A DNA stretch of 64,000 nucleotides, taken from the NCBI RefSeq assembly GCF_006345805.1, contig NC_043002.1, forward strand, positions 120,032,001 through 120,096,000, written 5' to 3'. The stretch's first letter is position 1, and each line of letters begins with the position of its first letter. A program made the translations under genes and the position numbers. Shown here one piece after another: positions 25,859-34,981 of the stretch. The notes beneath the pieces are model-generated. The model saw only the letters and a list, made by a program, of their open reading frames with translations, was not told where the DNA came from and searched no databases. This stretch comes from Octopus sinensis (lineage: Eukaryota).

Positions 25859-27455
25859 GATTTTATTATTACCCACAAGGGGCGAACATAGAGGGGACAA
25901 TACAAACGGGGAACTTAAAATAAGAAAGCGAATGACAAGAAAAGGAAAAAATAAAAGTAAAAATGACATATGAAAGAATATTTACAATGAGATGTAAATG
26001 CCCACTCGATCCCCGGAATCGAGAGGTTACATTTTCGTCACATATATTTCACAATATTTTCTTTTTTCTCTTCTTTCTTCTCTCTCTTCTCACAATTCTA
26101 TACATATTCCATGATAGTTTTCAACTCTCTAAAGTCCATCTCTGAGCCCTCAGGCAGCCGCTCTCTCACTCGAACACTCGTGTAAAATGTTACATTCTCT
26201 CCGGCAGCTCTGAGGAACTCAGCGACTCTTTCTTCGGGGATTAGAGCAGTCTCCTGCCACTGATCGGTCATCCTGTTGACCCACACATGTCCCTCCGTAT
26301 TACTTGTCAAGTCCTTCATTTCAGGGCAGAAATGGAAGGTTACTAACTTGTAGAAGCAGTAATCCTTTTCTTTTTCTTTTTGTGTGCCGTCTTTTCTTTT
26401 CGTTTGATTCTGATCTCTCTCTTGTTTTTTTCCTGTTGTTTCTTTTCCTTTTTTTTTTTCCTGACTCTGTTTTGGTCTATTTCTTTCTTTTCTTTTATTT
26501 CTTTTACTTCATTGACTTATTATTTCCTTTCTCTTGTTGTTTTGTTTCCTTTTCTATGTTTTCTTTTTCAGTTACCGTATTCTTCTTTTCTTCGAGTTCC
26601 TGCTCGCACTCCGCTATGAATTCGTATAACGGGCACTCTTTTTTAATGTGCCCCCTTGTCCCGCACAAGTAGCAGTTTGGCTTTCTTCCCTCTACAATTA
26701 CACTGAGGGTTTTCTCATCTTCGATTTCTATTCTGTAGGGGAACCTTTCAATGTCCTCTTTTGTGGCCATCAAACACAGTTCTACCCCATATCCTCTCCA
26801 GTTTACCGCGTTGGACTCCTTAAAGGATTCCACCTCCACTTCCTCTTCTGCTGCTCCTAGAATAGCTGTTGCCAGCCATTCTGTTTTCACTTCTGGGGGT
26901 ATATTCGGGATTTTAACCCGGACCCCTCTTCTTCCCTTGTATGAGGGCCACATTATAAATGTTTCCGCTCTTAGTACAGTGGTAGCCAGTGAGGCTGCAA
27001 TTTCTTCCGTTGCACATCTCACCTCCACCGTACCAAATTTCTTGCCTCTACTCACGTAGGTCGATTTCCCCATTATGTCTCCCAGACATTTTTCGATTTC
27101 TGCTATCTCACTCTTGCCAGTTTCTTTGTATTTTTGTCTTGGGTTCTATATGTTACAGTCTTGTTTTCTTTGTCCTCTTTTGCTTTCGCGGGGGGGATTA
27201 GCTTCACGCTATCACCCTCCCTTTTGAATAGCTTTTCATATTCTTTGAGTTTACTCTTCTCAAAGAAAACATCCTTCACGATTATTGCCGAATCATTATT
27301 TTTCTTTCCCGTGACCCCCGCGTAAGTCGCCATGACTAGAGGGTCAATTCACCTTCTCCGGAAGGTTTCCACACGTGGAGGCAAACGCCTCGCGCGATAT
27401 TAATCACTTTACACAACAAAATTTCAACGTCTAATCACAGATAACAACACGTATA
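25859..27455 (-). mobile_element. ORF1-only retroelement, type A, unit 1
   Basis: Bounded by 14-bp junction motifs; near-identical to unit 2 but lacks ~165 bp of the K/E-rich region; 3' tail shared with SINE A. Confidence 0.85.
26098..27333 (-). pseudogene. Gag/ORF1-like protein (CCHC zinc knuckle), frameshifted
   Basis: Pieces 27103-27333 (MATYAGV...), 26504-27073 (CYLCGTRGHIKKEC = CX2CX4HX4C) and 26098-26319 join with small indels. The N-terminal region is possibly RRM-like (inference). Confidence 0.8.
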
Positions 27456-27469
27456 GCTTGGAGCCAGGT

Positions 27470-29224
27470 GATTTTATTATTACCCACAAGGGGCGAACAT
27501 AGAGGGGACAATACAGTCGGGGAACTTAAAATAAGAAAGCGAATGACAAGAAAAGGAAAAAATAAAAGTAAAAATGACATATGAAAGAATATTTACAATG
27601 AGATGTAAATGCCCACTCGATCCCCGGAATCGAGAGGTTACATTTTCGTCACATATATTTCACAATATTTTCTTTTTTCTCTTCTTTCTTCTCTCTCTTC
27701 TCACAATTCTATACATATCCATATAGTTTTCAACTCTCTAAAGTCATCTCTGAGCCCTCAGGCAGCCGCTCTCTCACTCGAACACTCGTGTAAAATGTTA
27801 CACTCTCTCCGGCAGCTCTGAGGAACTCAGCGACTCTTTCTTCGGGGATAGAGCAGTCTCCTGCCACTGATCGGTCATCCTGGACCCACACATGTCCCTC
27901 CGTATTACTTGTCAAGTCCTTCATTTCAGGGCAGAAATGGAAGGTTACTAACTTGTAGAAGCAGTGATTTGTTTCCGTCCTACGTTTTCCCTCGTTTTCT
28001 TTTCGGGCTTTTTCTTCCTTGTTCTCCTCTCTTTGTTTCTCTTTTTCTCTCTTTTTGCCTTCTTTTCTTTCTCCTTCCTTCTCTTGTCTTTTTGGTTCTT
28101 TGTCTGTTCTCTCTTTCTCTCGTGTTTTTTGTTCCTTTTCTTTTATTTTTGTGTGCCGTCTTTTCTTTTTTTCGTTTGATTCTGATCTCTCTCTTGTTTT
28201 TTTCCTGTTGTTCTTTTCCTTTTTTTTTCCTGACTCTGTTTTGGTTCTATTTCTTTCTTTTCTTTTATTTCTTTACCTTCATTGACTTATTTTTCCTTTC
28301 TCTTGTTGTTTTGTTTCCTTTTCTATGTTTTCTTTTTCATCTCCGTTACGTATTCTTCTTTTCTTCGAGTCCTGCTCGCACTCCGCTACGAATTCGTATA
28401 ACGGGCACTCTTTTTTAATGTGCCCCCTTGTCCCGCACAAGTAGCAGTTTGGCTTTCTTCCCTCTACAATTACACTGAGGGTTTTCTCATCTTCGATTTC
28501 TATTCTGTAGGGGAACCTTTCAATGTCCTCTTTTGTGGCCATCAAACACAGTTCTACCCCATATCCTCTCCAGTTTACCGCGTTGGACTCCTTAAAGGAT
28601 TCCACCTCCACTTCCTCTTCTGCTGCTCCTAGAATAGCTGTTGCCAGCATTCTGTTTTCATCTGGGGGTATATTCGGGATTTTAACCCGGACCCCTCTTC
28701 TTCCCTTGTATGAGGGCACATTATAAATGTTTCCGCTCTTAGTACAGTGGTAGCCAGGAGGAGGCTGCAATTTCTTCCGTTGCACATCTCACCTCCACCG
28801 TACCAAATTTCTTGCCTCTACTCACGTAGGTCGATTTCCCCATTATGTCTCCCAGACATTTTTCGATTTCTGCTATCTCCACTCTTGCCAGTTTCTTTGT
28901 ATTTTTGTCTTGGGTTCTATATGTCAGTCTTGTTTTCTTTGTCCTCTTTTGCTTTCGCGGGGGGGATTAGCTTCACGCTATCACCCTCCCTTTTGAATAG
29001 CTTTTCATATTCTTTGAGTTTACTCTTCTCAAAGAAAACATCCTTCACGATTATTGACGAATCATTATTTTTCTTTCCCGTGACCCCCGCGTAAGTCGCC
29101 ATGACTAGAGTGTCAATTCACCTTCTTCGGAAGGTTTCCACACGTGGAGGCAAACGCCTCGCGCGATATTAATCACTTTACACAACAAAATTTCAACGTC
29201 TAATCACAGATAACAACACGTATA
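27470..29224 (-). mobile_element. ORF1-only retroelement, type A, unit 2
   Basis: As unit 1, with its frameshifts at different positions. Confidence 0.85.
27708..29102 (-). pseudogene. Gag/ORF1-like protein, frameshifted (~460 aa reconstructed)
   Basis: ORF pieces 28917-29102, 28279-28785 and 27730-27924; CCHC knuckle intact. Confidence 0.8.
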
Positions 29225-29238
29225 GCTTGGAGCCAGGT

Positions 29239-31154
29239 TGTTTTATTATTACCCACTAGGGGCTACATAGATGGGACAATACAATCGGGAATGAATAATG
29301 AATTATGAAGTTTGTACAATGTGGTGGTGTAAGCCCGCTCGATCCCCGAAATCGAGCGGTTACATTTCGTCAATTAATTTTGTTCGTCAACAAATTTTCA
29401 AAATAAAACTTTTTTTACATTTTCAATATACATTTCAAAAAGTTTTACAAAGTTCAACATTTCCTTTTTTTTTTTTTTTCAGAATTTAAAGTTCTTTTTA
29501 TCATTTCCAAATTAAGTTTTCACAATACCTTTTCTATTCTATACACTCCATTATGTCTACCAAATCTGAGTAAAGTTCCATCGTTCGAGGCCACCTTTTA
29601 AGTCGGCATTTCATATGTTTTAACACGTTCTCGCCAGCTGCCTCGATGAACGCCTCGGCGTCGTTCTCGTGGATGAGTGCACCTGTTTCTTCCCATTCGG
29701 TGCCCATCCTGACCCACGTATATCCGTTTGTTGCGCTTATTAAATCTTCCATCTCCTCACAGTGCTTGTGATGGATCAACGTTCCATAGTATATTTGTAT
29801 TTTCTATTCGTACCTACGTTTTCTCTAGTTTTTCTCTTGGGACTTACTTCCTCTTTTTTCTCCTCCCCGGTTTCTCTCTTTCTCTCTTTTTGCTTTCTCT
29901 TCTTTCTTTTTCCTTCTCTTGTCTTTTTGGCTCTTTGTCTGCCGTCTCTCTACCCTGTGCCTTAAGTTCCTTTCCTGTTGTTTCTTTTCCTTTTTGCATA
30001 CCATTTTTTTCCTTTCTCTTGTTTCTGTTCCTTCTCTTGTTCTTTTCCTGCTTTTTCTCTTTCCTTTAATGTACTTTCCTTTTCTTTCTCTTGCTTCTGC
30101 CTTGGCTCCTTCTCCCTACTTCTGCACCCTGTGAATTTTGCTCCTCTTTACTATCTTCTTCCCTTTGTTTTCATTTTCCTTCAGTGCGCTGTTACTTCCC
30201 TTCTCTTGTTGCTTCTCCGTTATTTCCTTTTCCTTGTTTTCGCTGTTCTTTCCTTCGTGTTCGTTTTCCTTCTCTCCACTTTGTGTCTCTTTTTGCTCCG
30301 CTGTGAATTCATACAGCGGACATTCCTTTTTTATGTGCCCTCTTGATCCGCACAGGTAGCAATTCGGTTTTCTGCCTTCCACTATTACACTAATTGTCTT
30401 CTCGTTTTCTATTTCTATTTGGAAGGGAAATCTTTCGATGTCTTCAATTGTGGCCATCAACCACAACTCGACTCCGAATCCCTTCCAATTTACAACGTTC
30501 GTCTCCTTAATTGACCCTATTTCTACTTCCTCTTTTGCTGTGCTCCAATAATGGCTGTTACCAGCATTTCTGTTTTAATATTTGGGGGTACCTTTGGGAC
30601 TTACCCGTACCCCTCGTCTTCCTTTATACGTCGGCCACATGGTGAAATTTTCCGCTTTCAGGACAGTGGAAGCCAATGAGGCCGCCACTTCCTTTGTTGC
30701 GCATCTCACCTCCACCGTACCATATTTCTTTCCTCTGTCTACAAAAGTCGCTTTTTTCATGATGTCCCCCAGACATTTCTCTATTTCTTCAATCGTCACT
30801 CTCACCAGTTTTCTCGTGTTTCTATCTTGCGTTCTATACGTTATCGTGATGTTATTTTTCTCTTCTATTGTTTCCACAGGCGGGACCAGCTTCACGCTAT
30901 CACCCTCCCTTTTGACGAACTTCTCGTATTCTTCAATTGTTCTTTTCTAAAGAACACTTCTTTTATTCTAAGTGACTCGTCACTTTTTGTTGTGGCGACC
31001 CCCGCGTAAGTCTCCATGACTTGAGGGTCGACACACCTTCTAAAAAAGGTTCAAACACGCAGCGGCAAACGCCTCGCGCGATTCAATTTTTGGCAATTTT
31101 TTAACGTTTTTTTTCAAAATTTTCACATGCAAAAATAACTAACACAACACACTA
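29239..31154 (-). mobile_element. ORF1-only retroelement, type B, unit 3
   Basis: Diverged paralogue of type A with the same junctions, tail and hairpins. Confidence 0.85.
29512..31017 (-). pseudogene. Gag/ORF1-like protein, frameshifted (~500 aa reconstructed)
   Basis: Starts METYAGV at 31017; pieces 30575-30895, 30116-30466 (CYLCGSRGHIKKEC) and 29534-29779. Confidence 0.8.
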
Positions 31155-31168
31155 GCTTGGAGCCAGGT

Positions 31169-33070
31169 TGTTTTATTATTACCCACTAGGGGACATAGAT
31201 GGGACAATACAATCGGGAATGAATAATGAATTATGAAGTTTGTACAATGTGGTGTAATGCCCGCTCGATCCCCGAAATCGAGCGGTTACATTTCGTCAAT
31301 TATTTGTTCGTCAACAATATTTTAAATATAAAACATTTTTTACATTTTCAATACATTTCAAAAAGTTTTACAAAGTTCAACATTTCTTTTTTTTTTTTTT
31401 TCAGAATTTAAAGTTCTTTTTATCATTTCCAAATTAAGTTTTCACAATACCTTTTCTATTTATACACTCCATTATGTCTACCAAATCTGAGTAAACTTCC
31501 ATCGTTCGAGGCCACCTTTTAAGTCGGCATTTCATATGTTTTAACACGTTCTCGCCAGCTGCCTCGATGAACGCCTCGGCGTCGTTCTCGTGGACGAGTG
31601 CACCTGTTTCTTTCCATTCGGTGCCCATCCTGACCCACGTATATCCGTTTGTTACGCTTATTAAATCTTCCATCTCCTCACAGTGCCTGTGATGGATCAA
31701 CGTTCCATAGTATTTGAATTTTCTATTCGTACCTACGTTTTCTCTAGTTTTTCTCTTAGGACTTACTTCCTCTTTTTTCTCCTCCCTCGGTTTCTCTCTT
31801 TCTCTCTTTTTGCTTTCTCTTCTTTCTTTTCCTTCTCTTGTCTTTTTGGCTCTTTGTCTGCCGTCTCTCTACCCTGTGCTTAAGTTCCTTTCCTGTTGTT
31901 TTTTTCCTTTTTGCATACCATCTTTTCCTTTCTCTTGGTTCTGTTCCTTCTCTTGTTCTTTTCCTGCTTTTTCTCTTTCCTTTAATGTACTTTCTTTTCT
32001 TTCTCTGCTTCTGCCTTGGCTCCTTCTCCACTACTTCTGCACCCTGTGAATTTTGCTCCTTTTCTACTATCTTCTTCCCTTTGTTTTCATTTTCCTTCAG
32101 TGCGCTGTTACTTCCCTTCTCTTGTTGTTTCTCCGTTATTTCCTTTTCCTTGTTTTCGCTGTTCTTTCCTTCGTGTTCGTTTTCCTTCTCTCCACTTTGT
32201 GTCTTTTTGCTCCGCTGTGAATTCATACAGCGGACATTCCTTTTTTATGTGCCCTCTTGATCCGCACAGGTAGCAATTCGGTTTTCTGCCTTCCACTATT
32301 ACACTAATTGTTTTTCGTTTTCTATTTCTATTTGGAAGGGAAATCTTTCGATGTCTTCCATTGTGGCCATCAGCCACAACTCTACTCCGAATCCCTTCCA
32401 ATTTACAACGTTCGTCTCCTTAATTGACCCTATTTCTACTTCCTTTTTGCTGCCCCAATAATGGCTGTTACCAGCATTTCTGTTTTAATATCTGGGGGCA
32501 CCTTTGGGACTCTTACCCGTACCCCTCGTCTTCTTTATACGTCGGCCACATGGTGAAATTTTCCGCTTTCAGGACAGTGGAAGCCAATGAGGCCGCCACT
32601 TCCTTTGTTGCGCATCTCACCTCCACCGTACCATATTTCTTTCCTCTGTCTACAAAAGTCGCTTTTTTCATGATGTCCCCCAGACATTTCTCTATTTCTT
32701 CAATCGTCACTCTCACCAGTTTTCTCGTGTTTCTATCTTGCGTTCTATACGTTATCGTCTTGTTATTTTTCTCTTCTATTGTTTCCACAGGCGGGACCAG
32801 CTTCACGCTGTCACCCTCCCTTTTGACGAACTTCTCGTATTCCTTCAATTGTTCTTTTCTAAAGAACACTTCTCTTTATTCTAAGAGACTCGTCACTTTT
32901 TGTTGTGGCGACCCCCGCGTAAGTCTCCATGACTTGAGGGTCGACACACCTTCTATAAAAGGTTCAAACACGCAGCGGCAAACGCCTCGCGCGATTCAAT
33001 TTTTTGACAATTTTTAAAGGTTTTTTTTTCCAATTTTCACATACAAAATAACTCACAACACACGTGGATA
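31169..33070 (-). mobile_element. ORF1-only retroelement, type B, unit 4
   Basis: Near-identical to unit 3. Confidence 0.85.
31434..32930 (-). pseudogene. Gag/ORF1-like protein, frameshifted (~500 aa reconstructed)
   Basis: ATG at 32930; pieces 32513-32869, 32108-32401, 31756-32226 and 31434-31700. Confidence 0.8.
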
Positions 33071-33632
33071 GCTTTCCTCTAGGTGTGAAAATCTTTTTTC
33101 TCTACATTGTATACTTTATAGACAGTCTTTTCGTTAATTTAATTTTTTATTATCCATCTGGACTATTCCATTTCTGCACGCTAATTTTATTTTTAATTTA
33201 TTCTCATTCATGTGAAACCACTTATTCAAGTTCAAATCATTCATGCAATTTTATACCAATTGCTATTTTTACTTTTGTTATGTTACTTAGTTTGGTATAC
33301 TTTAGTTTGATTTTAATTATTACTTACTACATATAATTCAATTGTTATTATTATTTTTATTGTTAAAGTGAAAGTATCTGACATAAAATAGAGAAATGTT
33401 TTTGTTTCACTTTTAACACGTAATACTGAAATAGTGGAGAAGATATGATATTGCTATGGGCTCGCTCTAAGCAAGAAGTTGAACATTTTTTTGCCCATGA
33501 AACTACATGGACACTAAGTAAGGCATGTGTAAAATTTGAATGAAATTGGTTTTGTAGTTCTCAAGTTTTAGGGAAACACACAGACAGACAGACAGACTGA
33601 CACACATTCTCAGTTTTATATATAGAGAGATA

Positions 33633-33823
33633 TAGGCGCAGGAGTGGCTGTGTGGAAAGTAGTTTGCTTACCAGCCACAGAATTCTGGGCTCTGTCCCAC
33701 TGTGTGGCACCTTGGGCGAGTGCCTTGTCAGTGGATTTGTTTGAGTGAAACTGAAAGAAAACCATCGTATATATATATATATATATATATAACAGAGACA
33801 CACAAACATGCACACATACACAG

Positions 33824-33861
<38 letters not shown>

Positions 33862-34090
33862 TATAGGTGTGTATGTGTGTATGTTTGTGCGTCTCTTTTT
33901 GTCCCTCAACATCACTTGACAATCGTTGCTGGTGTGTTTACACCCACGTAACCCAGCGGTTCGGCAGAAGAGATCGATAGAATAAGTACTAGGGCTTACA
34001 AAGAATAAGTCCTGGGGTCGATTTGCTCAACGGAATGCGGTGAGTCCGCATGGATGAAACATGAGTGGAACAAGCAAAAGAATAAAGGAA
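33633..34090 (+). mobile_element. SINE family B, diverged
   Basis: Head TAGGCGCAGGAGTGGCTGTGTGG; expanded internal microsatellite. Confidence 0.85.
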
Positions 34091-34122
34091 TACATACAAA
34101 CACACGCACAAACAGTTGCTCC

Positions 34123-34162
<40 letters not shown>

Positions 34163-34573
34163 CAAAATATTGATTAGTGACAGACAGTAGGCAGTATTAA
34201 TACTGTCTCTGTCGATAGTAAATATTTTTCAACAAGCTAACAGACTAATCGCGACACCAGCACCTGGTCTGGTATGGTATTCTATATATCGCTGGTGAGG
34301 AGAGGAATCGCTGCTATCTCTAGAGGTCGAACGTCCTTGCGTTGACTTACATTATGCATACATGTATACATATATGTATACAGGGGGAGAGATATCGGTA
34401 TATATATACAGATATAGAGATATAGATATATGTATATGTATGCATATATTTACGTATGTATGTATGTATGTATGTATGTACGTATGTATGTATGTATGTA
34501 TGTATGTATGTATGTATGTATGTATGTATGTATGTCTGAATGAATGTCTGTTTGTCTGTATGTATGTATGTAT

Positions 34574-34981
34574 ACTCTTTACTATTTAATTGTTTCAGTA
34601 ATTTGACTGCGGCCATGCTGGAGCACCGCCTTTAGTCGAGCAAATCGACCACGGAACTTATTCTTTGTAAGCCCAGTACTTATTCTATCGGTCTCTTTTG
34701 CCGAACCGCTAAGTAACGGGGAGGTAAACACACCGGTATCGGTTGTTAAGCAATGCTAGGGGGACAAACACAGACACACAAACACACACATACACATATA
34801 TACATATACATATATACGACAGGCGTCTTTCAGTTTCCGTCTACCAAATCCACTCACAAAGCATTGGTCGGCCCGTGGCTATAGCAGAAGACACTTGCCC
34901 AAGATGCCACGCAGTGGGACTGAACCCGGAACCATGCGGTTGGTTAGCAAGCTACTTACCACACAACCACTCCTGCGCCTA
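34574..34981 (-). mobile_element. SINE family B, full length, inserted in (TATG)n
   Basis: Aligns with 16404-16800. Confidence 0.92.

Larger units (their letters stand above)
25373..33630 (-). mobile_element. Non-autonomous Helitron, interrupted by the 7.2-kb retroelement array
   Basis: Minus strand begins A|TCTCTCTATATATAAAACTGAG and ends hairpin-CTAG|T. Segments 25373-25858 and 33071-33630 align with the empty copy at 43414-44572. Confidence 0.85.

Noticed and set aside
27334-27455. HDV-like ribozyme in the 5' UTR (CCTCCACGT loop-like motif)
   Set aside because: P3 cannot be closed and the motif is absent from type B.
27909-32273. F/L/S-rich plus-strand ORFs resembling membrane proteins
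   Set aside because: They are the antisense shadow of the K/E-rich Gag spacer.
25859-33070. Array as a tandem host zinc-knuckle gene family or an LTR element
   Set aside because: The units are intronless, carry a SINE-shared LINE-type tail and sit inside a Helitron with a TSD. No LTRs, PBS or pol were seen.
25845-33084. Array as a CRISPR array, integron or tyrosine-recombinase product
   Set aside because: The units are kb-sized paralogues in eukaryotic DNA and no cas or integrase gene is present. The host spacer AG(G/C)A appears at both outer junctions, indicating target duplication rather than conservative recombination.
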